Shown here one piece after another: positions 38,315 to 52,100 of a stretch of DNA of 64,000 bases. Location: the NCBI GenBank assembly GCA_016748015.1, contig JAAOMT010000193.1, positions 1 through 64,000 of the forward strand. Direction: 5' to 3'. The stretch is from Geosiphon pyriformis uo1. Lineage: Eukaryota > Fungi > Glomeromycota. The notes under the pieces are model-generated. The model was not told the DNA's origin, ran no database searches, and was given only the letters and a program-made list of their open reading frames with translations. How positions within the stretch are numbered: position 1 is the stretch's first letter; every line of letters starts with the position of its first letter. Position numbers and translations under genes: made by a program.

Positions 38315-41300
38315 CTAACTCCAAAAATCCAAGAACTATTTAATGCTTTTGGAGAAAAAAATGGTTTTCAACTTTGGATTTAGACAGCAATTACTGGCAA
38401 GTAGCCATAAAACTGGAAGATAAAGAGAAAATGGCTTTTACAATGTGAAAAGGGAATTTCAAATTTGAAGTAATGCCATTTGGTTTGATGAATGTACCAG
38501 CCACCTTCCAACGACTAATAGAAATTATTTACATTAGACTACTATGAAAATTAGTAATTGTTTACTTAAATGACACAAATGTGTTTTCCAAGACATTCAA
38601 TGATCATTTGCATCATTTTTAACAAGTGTTTGAAAGACTAAAAAGAGCTGGATTAAAATTAAATGCAACCAAGTGTTTCTTTGGAAAAACTGAACTCAAG
38701 TTTTTGGGACATATTGTGAGCAAAAATGGTATCAAAACAGATCCAGACAAGATCAAAGTAGTTAAAAACTTTCTAGTACCAGCCAATTTGACAGAACTAA
38801 GAGCATTCTTGGGATTTGCCAGATACTATTGCCACTTTATCAAAAATTTTTCTAAACTGGCCCAGCTATTACACCAGCTTCAATCAAAAAATATCAAATA
38901 TGAATGGACAGAAAACCAGCAAGAAGCTTTTAACATATTAAGAAGAAAGCTTATTCAAGCTTCAGTGTTGATGTATCCAGATCACAGCAAACCATTCATC
39001 ATTACCACTGATGCATCAGGCCAAGCAATGGAAGCAGTACTATCACAGAAAAGACTGAATGGAAAAGAACATCCAATAGCATATGCCAGCCAAAGTTTGA
39101 GTCCAGCTGAAAAGAACTATAGAACACTAGCATTAAAACACTTAGCAATCTATTGGACAGTCATGAAATAGAAAGAATACTTAAGCCAGAAGTTTAACAT
39201 ATACACTGATCATAAAGGATTGACTTCAATTCAGAAGCAAAAATTTGGAGATAATCATCATGCTCGATGGAAAATAAAACTTTTACCATTTAAATATACC
39301 GTACACTACAAAAAAAGAAAAAAAAAACAGAAATGCTGATGGTTTATTACGAATAAGACAAATCTAAGGACACTTCAACCCAAAAATATAACAAAAGATG
39401 AATAAACAAAAATATCAACAACTTCAATATTTTATAAATACCCAATAGTTCAAGGAGAAATTATCTTAAAAGAAACAAAATCATATTAAACAACAGTCCA
39501 AATATTTTATTATTAACCAAAATATACTTTATCAAAAAAACAGAAAGAATCCAGATCAACCAACCAAAGTAATTACAGAATTAGAAAAAGAAACAATATT
39601 ATTCAACATGTACTCCGATTCAATAGCAGAACATTTTTACAAAGAAGCAACCATAGAAAGAACCAGAAATAAATACTATTGGCCATTCATATACCCAGAC
39701 ATAATCCAATACGTGTAAAATTGTGATACTTGTCAGAGAAAAGAAAGAACAAAACCTAGCAAGCCATTAAGACCAATCAAAGTAAGACAACCATTTGAGT
39801 GGATTGGAATTGACTTAGTTAGACTATTAACAATAATTAGCAGAAGGAACAAATATATCACAGTAGCCATAAATTATCTCACTAAATGGCCAGAAGCAAA
39901 AGTAATTCAAAGAGCAGATGCAGAATTTGTTGCCAAATTTGTTCATCAAGATCTGATTTGTCGACATGGATGTCTAAAAGAATTATTATCTAACCAAAGA
40001 ACTTACTTTGTGAATAGAATATTAACAGAACTGAGTCAAAGATTTGGAATAAAGAGACTATTATTATTGTTATATCACCCACAAACCAATAGATTAGTCA
40101 AAAAATTCAATAGAACATTGTGTGAAGCAATAGCCAAAATCAGCCAAGAAAACCACAAATGAGACTTATTTATACCATTAGTACTATTTGCTTATTGGAC
40201 AATGAAGCAAGATACTACACAAGCAACACTATTTGAATTAGTATACAATAGAACAGCAATATTACCAGTTGAGATAGAGGTCAATACATATCCAATAGAA
40301 CCAATAACAGAAGACAATTTTCAAGAAACATTGCTGAGAAGAACATATGATGTAATGGAAATACTAGAAAACAAATGGCAAAGAGCAGCTAATAACATTT
40401 AAAAATCACAAAAAAAACAAAAAAAAAAGCATGATAACTAACTACCAGATAAATCAGTCGAATTCAGGATTGGAGACAAAGTACTGTTACATTATACCAA
40501 AGCAGAAAAACAGTGAAATGGAAAGTTTGATTCAAAATGGGACGGACCATTTCACATACACAAAATTTTAAGAAACAGATCTTACAAGTTATGATTAGAA
40601 AACAGAATTCTGAAAAAGACAGCACATGGAAATTGTTTAAAAATTTATCAAACACAAGGATCGACATTAGTGGAACCACAACTAGGAACACAAATTCCAT
40701 TAATCAGACCAGAAGATATACCACAAGATATAGAACCAATAATAATCATTAAGACATAGCTACATATGTGCCGAAATCCAGATATTATGCATATATAAAC
40801 CTCAAGACCACAAAGAAGAAAACAATAGAAATTTTAAACATAGACCTTTTAGACAAAATTTTAAAATTATCTAAACAATTATTTAATAAAATTCAAAAAT
40901 CTACATCTCAAATAGAAATTATAATCAATAAAAAAGAGATAAGATATAGAGATAAGGGGAAGAAAGAAATAGGTGAGAGTTCAACTAGAACTAACTATTC
41001 TTATTCCTATACTCTGCCCGGAAAGGAAATTTTACAAAAAGAAATTAAATATACTTCTTAGATGGGACATGGAGAAAAAGGAGAGAAGAAAGAAGAAAGA
41101 GTGAAAAAATTAGATAGAAAACAAAAACAATTATATACAACATATTTGGCCCTTAAGCTAAAGAAAATTAAAGAATCTTTAGCTCATGAGACTGAACTCC
41201 CCGAAACAAGAGAGTGGACACCAGATAATGTTTAGGAGTGAAAAAAAAGACTTCTTCTAATATATTGGTTTTATAAAATTGGAGAACAATTAGACTTAGA

Positions 41301-41610
41301 AAACCCATACAGAGACTACAACCAGAAAACTTTCAACAAAGAAGCAATGTAACAAGTAGAAAAATTTGTAGGAAGAAACAACCTAACACTACACTACAAG
41401 GCAACATGTCGATTATACGTCACTTTTCAATATTGTCCAAATGTACTATTGAATAGATCATTGAAAAAGATAACAGTCAACAACATAGAACAAATAACCA
41501 ATTAACAGTTCGAAGATCTACAAAAAGCCATAGTCAATATAACCATCGAACATTACATAAACAAAGTTCTATTAACAGACATAACTGATTTTGCAAAAGC
41601 TCAATATTAA
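38315..41610 (+). pseudogene. E2 3' part: RT/RNase H (stop at 39365-39367), integrase (39398-40759) and a divergent ORF3 (~40768-41610)
   Basis: ORF 38626-39171 (TDASGQ), IN motifs, and an ORF3 C-terminus FVGRNNL...DFAKAQY* shared with the other copies. Confidence 0.88.
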
Positions 41611-41625
41611 AAAAGAAGAAGATAA

Positions 41626-42553
41626 TGTTACTTAAAGAAAAAAAGCCTATCAAAAAAAAAAAAAAAATGTGACCTAAAAAAAAACATAACGAAACATGAA
41701 AGGACACAGAATAGTATACAATAACATTAAATAATGCATTATAATATTGGATAATGCATTATAATGTAGGATAATGTGTTATAATATGAAATAATATAAA
41801 ATAACATGTAATAATGTTAGATAATGTGTTATAACATAGGATAATTAGTTATAATGTAAGAAAAATAAAGCAATAGCTAACAAGAACAGACAATCCAAAG
41901 CAATCCTGTAAAACTAGAAAATACATATATATAGTAGTAGCATTAGAGGCAGAAAAAAAAGAAAAGAAAAAGAGAAAAAAGAAATTCTTTGGTTACTATT
42001 TTCTAGTTAAAAATCATAGCATTCCAAAATATCAACAAATATACTTATTCAGTATCTCAAATTCAGTTGTTTACTATCAATTCTAAATGGTGATAGTAAT
42101 TGATACTTAAAACATACGGGAACAATAACCCTTGATCATGGCTATTAATGGAATACTAACTTACATTGTCTTGGCTTATTGTCTCTATTTTTTTTATTTT
42201 TTTTATTTTTTTGTCTTTATTTTGTTGGGTATACTAAGTGATTGAGGATTAAAGTACTAAGTATTGATGTTAAGAATTGCCTGGTAAAAGACTCCTATGA
42301 ATGGGTAGAACACATAAGAATTATGGATTACTTACCAAAAGATTGCTGGCCATCATGCTAAGAAAGAAATTGATGGAATTGTAATTCTGAGAAGCTATGG
42401 AAAAAATAACACGGGAATCTCTGTCCATTATACAAAAAACTCCAATCAAAACCTTCTGATTGAAACACCTTTAGACATTATTAACATTATTAATTAAGCA
42501 CCAAGTTATGAGTTTGTTATTTGCTTTGAGACTCCAAATAATTATCTGTAATA
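41626..42553 (+). repeat. E2 3' LTR (family B; U3 built from ~10-nt GATAATGT-type repeats)
   Basis: Follows the PPT. Contains the sequences seen at 558-904 (reversed) and 11095-11496. Confidence 0.9.
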
Positions 42554-43499
42554 ACATTTATAATTAAATATAATATAAGTCTAGAATTAAGACTAATATA
42601 ATATGTTTTTAATATGTTTTTAAATTTAATATGGTATTTAAAAGATTATTTATGTTTTTTAATTTTTATATAAAAAAAAATTATAAAAAATACACTACAA
42701 TAAAAGAAAAAAAACTTTATTTTAATTCAAATTATTATGAATTTTATAGTTATTAGTTAGTTTAAAATTTATTATTATACAATTCAAATAGTATTACTTA
42801 AATAGAAAAGTAATCAGAAATTTATTAAAAAAAGACATAAAAACTATGTAATAATATAAAAAAATATAATAACACAAGATAATACAAAATAATATAAAAT
42901 AACTTAAGATAATACAAAATAATACATAATAATACAAAAAAGCACAAAATAACTAATAATAACATAAAATAATTAGTTATAATATAAAAAAACAAAACAA
43001 TAGCTAAAATAATAATTAATAATTAATAATAATAAGCAAATAAAAGCAATCTTATAAAATTAGAAAATAGTATAAAAAAAATAATTTTAGCAAATAAAAA
43101 ACAGACCAAACAAGAATCAATTTTTTTATAATATATTTTTTTATTATAATTTTTTATCTTATTTTTTTATATTTTGTATTAATTAAATAAAAATATTATT
43201 ACTTAATTAAAAAAAAATACATAATTTTAATATTTTGATTTTTAATATCTAATTAATTGCTTTTTTTTATCTTTATTTCAGACCAGATGCTATTAATATA
43301 AATTTTTTTTGGAATTTTTATGACTGAATCAATTATTTTTGATTATAGTAATTAATAAAATACCAATTTTTTTATTATTATTATTTTTTTATTTTTTTTA
43401 CTTTTTTTTATTTTTTTTATTTTTTTTATTTTTTTTATAGAGTAGCAACATTAAAAATTAACTGTTTAAAAATAGATTTTGTAATAATTTAGTAAAAAA

Positions 43500-45900
43500 G
43501 AAAAGCTTTTTTAAGTTTAAATATTAATTTTATCTTATTAGATTACTAAAAAGACAAAAAAACAATACTAAATCTTAATAACTATATTTATTAATTTAAA
43601 GAAAAATACAAATATAATAACACAATTAAAAAAACAATATCTTTGTATCTTATAACAAAAAAATTCAATGAATAAAACTTTAGACAGAAAAATTTTCAAA
43701 AACTAATAACTTACAATATAATTAAAACCAATTTATTTGATTTTTATACTGCTTTTAGTATTTAAATTATGAGTGCCAAATCTTATAATTATATTCTACC
43801 AAGTTTACTTATAATAATAGTTATTGTAAATTTTTTCAAAAAATTTAATAAACTTAGAACATATTTTAATCTTTACCAAACTGTTTTTTAAATAAAATTA
43901 TTCAACAAAATTATATGTTTTATATATATTTTATAAAACTAACCACAATTTTTAATTCTTTTTTAGAGTATTTTCTATAACTGAATTAATAGCAAAAATT
44001 AATAATAAAGTTAATATATTCTTTAAAACTAAAAAATTGTTATTATAAAAATATTTAAATAATTATATATATTAAAGATTTAGTTTGATAACAATTTTAA
44101 TAAAATTTTACAAACAATCTTAATTAATACTATAAAATAAGTATTTATTAAAACTCTTTTTTAATTATAAAGTTTAAAAATTATCAAAACTTATACATAT
44201 TTTTATTAAATTAGCATCAATTTTAAAACTAGACAGAAGTTTAATAAAATTAGAAATAAATTCAAAACACATATTATAATATTGTCAAAATTTATTTAGA
44301 ATACTAAAAAGTTTAATAGTTTTACTAAAAAAAAGAAATTTTATTACTAAAAAAGATTATTTAAAAAATTTGGCTTATTATATTAAAAAAACCAGTATTA
44401 TTTATAAAATTCAAAAAAGTATATTATTGCTATTATAAAAAAAAATTATTAAGAATATTTTAGCTTTTTGTTTATCTTAACATAATAAAATTTATTAATA
44501 ATTTGATTTTATTAAGAACAAAAATAAGTTTATTATTGATTATTAAATAAATTAGCACTATTTTACAAAAAAAAAATTTAAAATATTATGTTATATATTG
44601 TTTTATTGTTAATAAAATTTTTTATCTATTTTTAAATAATTAAATTAATTTTATTTGATTTAATTTTGCAAAATTTTTGAAATTTTTTTGCAAAAAACCA
44701 AATCAATAATATTAATACTTAAATTATTATAAAAAATATCTTAAATAACTCTGTATACTTTAAAATTTAACTTTAATTATTTGTGTATAAATTTTACAAA
44801 TTTTGTATTTAAAATTAAGTAATTTTAAAAACCAGAAATTTTAATTTTAGTTTTAAAAAACACTTAATCTACAATAAGATACATAATATTTTTAAGATAT
44901 TTTACATTATATCTAAATTTTTAACAAGTTTTGACTTTTTAAACTTAATATTTATCATATTTAAGTTTAACAAAATAGAGTTTTTAAATTTGGTCTACTT
45001 AATATTATCAATATTTTTAAAATTATAAAATTTTAATTAATAATATAAGTTTTTTTATAATATAATACCAAAAAAAATAGCAAAATATAAAAAATATATA
45101 TTATTTATTCTTTTTTTTATATATGTTTTATTAATATTAATTTTTGTTATACATATTTTAAATTTTTTTTAATAAAAATCAAGTATTTAAAAATATTAGT
45201 TTAATAATTTTTAAATTAGCAAATTTTATTACAGTTTTATTTTTTTTATAGATAAATATAATTTAATTGCTAACTATAATATAAACTTCTAAAATTTTAT
45301 AATAAGCTGTAACTTATAATAAAAGATTATTATAAGTTATAAATTATATTTTTAGTAATAATATTTTTATTAAATATAAATATAAATTAAAAAAATTTTA
45401 AAAAAGTAAAAATTTTTGATTTTTTTGAGTTTTTTTCTATTATTAACAAATTAATATTCAAAAAAAAAATTTTACAAACTTAAATTCAATTTTTTTTTAA
45501 AAAAGAAAAAAAAATTATTGTTATTTTTAGTATTACTTTTTAATTAATTTTTTAATAAAAATAAATTGATTTAAGTATTTATAAAATTATATTATTTAAA
45601 ATATTAGAATATTTTTGTTATATAAAGTTGGTTTTCTTAATATTTAATCTATTATTAATACTATTATAAAACTGTTTATTTTATTAATTTAAAACACTTT
45701 AAATTTAATTATTTTTATATTTAACTTATTAATAAAAGTTTCTATTAATAATATTTTAACACTAGTTTTTTTGCTTTTTTTGTCTATTTTGTTAAAATTT
45801 ATGTTAATAAATTTTTTTAATACTAAAATAAACTTTTTTATTATTATTTTTTATTATATTTATTCCAAATATGTCTATTATGTTTAACTTTATTAACAAA
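43500..45900 (-). mobile_element. Probable very old antisense LINE remnant (RT region), boundaries uncertain
   Basis: The minus strand at ~44100-44200 reads as a transition-eroded version of the IPK.Y.W....N.RPI.LI.T RT-entry block seen at 50640-50720(+). The rest is nearly pure A/T. Confidence 0.4.
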
Positions 45901-46199
45901 AATATATTAAAAAAAATAGCTTAAAAAAAACTTTTGAAAAAAAAACGATTTATTTTTTGTTTTTTTCATAGTTTAAAGATTAATAAAAAAAAAGTATTTT
46001 AAAATTTTTTTAATTTGTGTAATTTGTTGTATTATTTATAATTATAATAAATTTAGTTATAAGTATAAATAATTTTTTACTTTATTTTTATAATATGTTC
46101 TTATTAATTACAAAATAAAGTTTTTTAAAATAAATAATAAATTAAATTAAATTAAATTAAAAAATAACATATAAAAAATAAGAATATAATTAAAAAAAC

Positions 46200-49100
46200 T
46201 ATTTTTTTTCTTACATCCCAAATTTTATAAAGAGCATAATTTTGATAAAAAAGTTTTTTATTTTTTTTTGTTGTTTCTATCAATATTTTTTAATTCAATA
46301 ACTCTTTTTTTGTAAACATAAAAGCTGTTTTAAGCAGCAATATATCTAAGAAAAAAATACTTAAAGAGGCTTTTTATAATCCAATTGGTAGTTTTTTTTC
46401 CAAAAAAAAATTATTTTTAATAATGTTAAACACTCTGATAATAAAAAAATATCTTTTTGGTCAAATTTTGTTTTGATAATAATATGTTTTTGAATATAAA
46501 TAGTAATTTTAATAATAGTAAATACAGTATTACTTATAAAAATTAGAAATTATAATAAATAGATAAAATAATTAATCAGAAATAGACATAATAAAAAAAA
46601 AATTTCAGAATTCCTCTTAAAAAATTGTAGAATTCCAGAATTTCAGAATTCTTTTCAAAAGAATTAAAAAATTTTAAAAAATCTCATATAATACGAATTA
46701 TATATATAGTAAAAATATTAAAAACAAAAAAACAAACAATTTAGTTCAGAATAATAATATCTCTTTCTTTAAAAAATAGTTTTTTATAACTTGAAATGGA
46801 ATTATACTTATATTAATAAAACATTTATTATTATCCAAATTTATATTATTATTACTTAATTAAAGAAATATTAATTTATTCCATAATATTAACACTTTAT
46901 GTTAATAAAAGCCAATACTTAACTATACTAGACCAATAGCTCTTGATTATAACTATTGATAGAATACTAATTTTTTCTTTTCTTTTTTTCTTTTTTTTTG
47001 TTTTGTTTCTTTATTGTTTACTAATTAATTAAAAAAATTAAGTACTAAGTAATTAACATCAAAGATAGTCTGATAAAAAACCCAAGAACAAGGGTAAAAA
47101 TTTAAGAATAGCTTACCAAAAAAGCACAACTGTCAAAATAAACTGGTCACTATGCTGAAAAAAAAATTCACAGAAAAAAACCATCAATTAAATTTTTGTT
47201 CATTATACAAAAGACTCAACTAAAATTTTTAGACTCTAAAATTTTCAGAAATTACTATTATCAACAATTATTGAATACCAAGTTACAAATTTGTTATTTG
47301 TTTTAATATTCCAAATAATTACTTATAACAATAATAGTTTTGTAACTAATGTTGATGATAGTTCTTTTTTTGGTTTAGTTGTTACTATTCTTAAGACTAA
47401 AAAAATGGCTTCTGCTATGATTTTTGGTTCTTTTTTTGGTTTTTTTAATTTTAATATAAATAAAAAAGTTGGACTTCTCTTACTTTTTTTTAGTGTCTTA
47501 TTATACAAAAAATGAATTGATTTTAAGATTACCAAAACTTAAGTAGAAATACTTATTGAAAAATTTTTTGCTTTAAATATTAATTTTTTAGCTATAGAAG
47601 ACAAGTTAACAATACTAAAAACTCAAATAATTAGAAAACTATTTTTAATAATTAATGAATTTGAGAGAAGTCACTATTTCCTTAAAATTTAAAGAAATTA
47701 TCAGATTAATGTTTATATTAGAAGAAAACATAGAGAAAACTATGTCATTAGCTGGTATAAAAGAGATTATTGTAAATACCAATCTCAAAAGACAAAAATT
47801 TATTCAAATCAAATTATAATTATTAAGGAAATTCTTATAAATACACTAAAAAAAATAATTATTGCAGTTCTATTTAAGTTTGATTAAGTAGTGTTAATCT
47901 ATTTATAATTAATTAGTTTATGACAGAAAACTGTGATAAAGTTTGCTAAATTAGTACAGACAGATTAGTTGACAGCAAAGTAGTTATTTTTAATTAGAAA
48001 AAATTCAGTATACATAGCCAAAGCTATAAGAAATCATAATATTTAGTTGTTAAAAAATTAGTTTAAGATGCTTTTATTTATTTTGTTAATAAAAATAACT
48101 GCTTATAATTTAGGAACTTTATTGAAGAGAACTGGTAAAAAAACTTGTATTATTAACTAATTATTTAATACTGGTAATAAGATTTGATGTGTTGTAGTTA
48201 GTTTTAAAATAAATAAAAAACTTAAGACTGTTTTTTGTACAGAGCCAATCTTTGGTAATATAAAATTCTTTTGGATTAAATTAGTAAAAAATATGGGTGT
48301 TTTGGATATTTGGTTCTAGAATATAATACATCAAACATATTTCTCATGTCTTTTAAAAAAATTTATAAAAAGATTGCTTTAGAAGAAAATTTTTTTTGGT
48401 TGGCCAGATTGTATGTTAAAAAAATGTTTTTATTTTATATTCTACTGTATTTGGTAGCAAATTTTGGCTTAGATAGTTTTATTTGCTGTTTTTTTTGATG
48501 ATACTTATTTTGATTTTGGTTTTTTTTTTTTTGGTATATTATATGTTAAAAAAAGTTTTTAAGTTATTTAAGACAATTTACTTATTAATGTCTATTTGGC
48601 ATTTTTGAAATGTTTTTTAAAGCTTTTGGCAGATCAAGTATCTAATATTATGCAAAGATTAAGTTTTGTAAATCTGGTATTTTTGAAACTTATTTCTCAA
48701 TTCTTCTTTTCTATTGTGTCTGTATTATTAAATTTGAATTTAAATTTAAATATGGTTTTAGATAACCCACTTGTGTTACCTGTTTTTTTTCTTTCAATTA
48801 AAAATAAAAAAGTTTTAAATTTGGGTTTAAATAGATCAAAAATTCTGATTACCAAAGTAAATGGCTTGAAATCAAAAATAGTAACTTTTAAAGTTTTAGT
48901 TAGTTCAGTATTGGTAAGATTAGATCAGTTGTGTACTGGCTCAAGTCTTTTTGGGATTGTTTTATCTTAACAACTGATTTGATTTGGAAATTGTTACATG
49001 TAATGTTTGTAGTATTAATATTTTTACTAAGTAAAAAAATATAGTTTATTGGCATATAGAATTAAATAATATAATCTTTATTATTACAGAAACAAAATTG

Positions 49101-52100
49101 AGATTTAATGTTAAGCCATAAATAATAAATAAGTTTAATAAGATAAAAATTTTTACATTCAGTTTAAACAAAGGCTTTTTTGGTGCTAGAGTAATAATTA
49201 TTATAAACAATTTTCTGGTTTATTATGTTTTAAAGATAAAAAAGATCTCTGGTCAAATTATTTTAGTATAATTTTTGTTTAAAAATAAATTATTAATTAT
49301 AATTTGGGTTTATATGCAGGTGTTTTTGCTAAAGCTAGATTTGGTCAAGTATTAGAAATTAATTTTTTTATTATTAAGACTATTAACTTTAGTACTTTTA
49401 TGGTATTGGACAAAGATTTTAATAAAAACAGTTCAAAAAAAAGTGTAAGTTTTAGGTTTTATGTAAATTTAGGCTTAATTAACTCATTTAATAGATATTT
49501 ATTAGTCAAGACTTCTATTTGGGATAATTTTAAAAGCATTAAAAAAGTCATTAATTTTATTTTTGTAAACCAAAACTTGGCATTTGCAGTTGCTAATCAT
49601 AAAATTAATATTGTGTTTGAGTTTTTTAATACTAATTACAAAGCAGTTTTAGTTGCAGTTAGCTTAAGTGGTTTTTTAAATATTTATCTTAATAATGATT
49701 ATAAGCAGACTAATAGAAATAGATAAAAGTTCAAAATTAAAGATGCTAAGATTAATAAATAATTACAGTTTAGGAAGTGCTTATTAGACAAATTCTTAAG
49801 AAAAATGGCTGAATTTAATAATACAAAATATTGTGACAATTTGGATACTATATAAAAAATTCTAAAAGAAATAGTAATAAGCTTTACTAATAAAGTGTTT
49901 TCTAAACTTTAGTTCAATAAGTTTAAATGTTTAAAAAATAGACAATTATTTAAGTTTTTTAAGCTAAAATTGTTAATGACCAAAATTATAAAGAGTTTGA
50001 ATTTGAATCAAGTTTTAAAAACTGATTATTTTATTAATATTTGAATTAATATTGACAAAAAAAAGGCTTTTAAATTGTGCATTATAATTAATAATAACAT
50101 AAATTTGAAGAATATTCTATATTATTTGTTAAAAGTTAAGAAAAAATATTACAAATTCAAGTATTATAAATCTAAGATTGCCTAAGATAATTTTATCAAA
50201 AAAACTATTAATAAGTATATGAAAAATTTTTGTTTTAATAAAAAAAGAATAATTAAAAGTAATACTTGATTATTTAATAGTTAATGATAATTTAATTCTA
50301 AAATTACATAAGATTAAGTTTATAATTAACACAATTATGAAAAAATAGATAAGAAAACATGTAATATTTAATGTTTTATCTAATAAATAGTCTAATTAAC
50401 ATGCTTTTTTAGATCATATTAATAATAATGCTTTCTCAAAAGTTATGAATAATATTAAATTTGATGAGTTTTTACAAGTTGTTAAGAATTTATCTAATAA
50501 AAAACCCACGAGTCTCTTTGGTATTTCTAATAAATTCTAAAAACATGATAATATGCAAGTTTTGAGTAGTTTATTAGACATATTTAATATATGTTTAACA
50601 TTAAACATAGTTTTTACACATTGAAAAAAAGTCTGAATTTCTATAATACCAAAGTTATATGATTGAAAAAGAACTTTTATAAATATTAGGCCAATAGTTT
50701 TGATTAAAACAGCCCAAAAAATTTATTTAAGATTCTTTTAGATAGAATTTTTTAACTTGTAGCAATTTTAACATCTTGTATAGTGATAATTTCTTAGTTT
50801 TGAAAAGTATATTTATTTAAACTCCAATTTTTGCTGTTGGTTTTATTATTAAGGATATATTAAAAAAGAACAAGAAGCTGTAACTAGTTTTTTAGAACAT
50901 GCATAAAATATCAATTTTGTTGGATAATATTATTTAAAAAACAGTTTGGCTAAAATTAAGATATATTTCTGTTTTATTATTTTTTTTGAAAATATATATA
51001 ATAATTAAATTAATTAAATAATAACAGATTTTGGGCTTATAAAAAAGTATATTGTTTATAATAAACTAGATTAAAGTGAAGTATTTTTATCTTTATTATT
51101 GAAAATCTTCTATAATTTTTTGTTTTATAAGATTAAAAAACATGGCAGTTTGTATGACTATAGATTAAATTCAAAATTTTTTATGCAGACTGACAAGTAA
51201 AATTTTAAAAATGACATATTATTTTTTTTAACAGCAAAAACTTTTGTTAACAACACAATTTGGATTAAAAATAACATGACTATTATTCAGCATATTTTTA
51301 AACATAATTAATGAATTTTTTTAAATTAATAACATTTTAATTAATACAGATAAAATAGTTGTTATACTTATTAATTAAAGAATAGAAGTTTTTTGTTTGG
51401 TGATAAGTAAATCAAACATTTTAATAGCTAAAAAAAGTGAATTATATAGATATTTAGACATTTTTTTGTTTACAAATAGTCTTTTTAAACCAAGTCTTAT
51501 TAAATTTTACTTAAACATTAAGTTTTTTACAAATCTGGTTTTAAAAAAAGCTGTATTTGACAAACAGTTTTTGTACTTAGTGTCTACTATTTTGCAATTA
51601 ATAATTAGTTACAAATTTTAATTTAGTTATGTTTTGGTAAGTATGTATAAAAAATAAGACAAAATATTAAGAAAAAAACTTAAACTTAAAGCCAATTTAC
51701 CTAAAAATTTCCCTAATAAACTTATTGCTTATCTTGAGTTATATGGTCTAAAATTATTTAAAAAATTATAAGTCAAAAATTCTTTGGTAAATTTAATAGT
51801 TTTTGTTAACTTAAAAGATATTTTTAGCAGATTGTTTAAATATAAAGCTATAAATCTGCAGGCCATTAGTTGGATGTTTCAACAATTTTTTTGCTTTTCA
51901 ATTACATTATTAATTAATCTTATAAATTGCTTTTTAGCTAGTGTAATCAACACTCTTATATTATGTAAATTATTTTTGAGCAATAATCTGCTTAATGTTT
52001 TTTGAGTTGGTAATAGTATTACTATTGTGAATGTTTTGAATTTAAAATAGTATTTGAGTGTAATAAATTTGCTAAAAAAATTTGATATTATTTTTACAAA

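Larger units (their letters stand above)
11095..42553 (+). mobile_element. E2: outermost Ty3/Gypsy element (family B LTRs), interrupted by E3 in its RT
   Basis: 3' part of the 5' LTR at 11095-11496, then PBS and coding 11559-16553. RT resumes in register at 38315 (DSY-[insertion]-TPKIQELF). IN ATG at 39398, ORF3 to 41610, PPT, 3' LTR at 41626-42553. Confidence 0.9.

Noticed and set aside
42780-43130. Possible additional, highly eroded family-B-like LTR fragment (ATAAC/ATAAT repeats, GCAATCTTATAAAATTAGAAAAT)
   Set aside because: The similarity is suggestive, but termini and TSD cannot be defined in near-pure A/T sequence.
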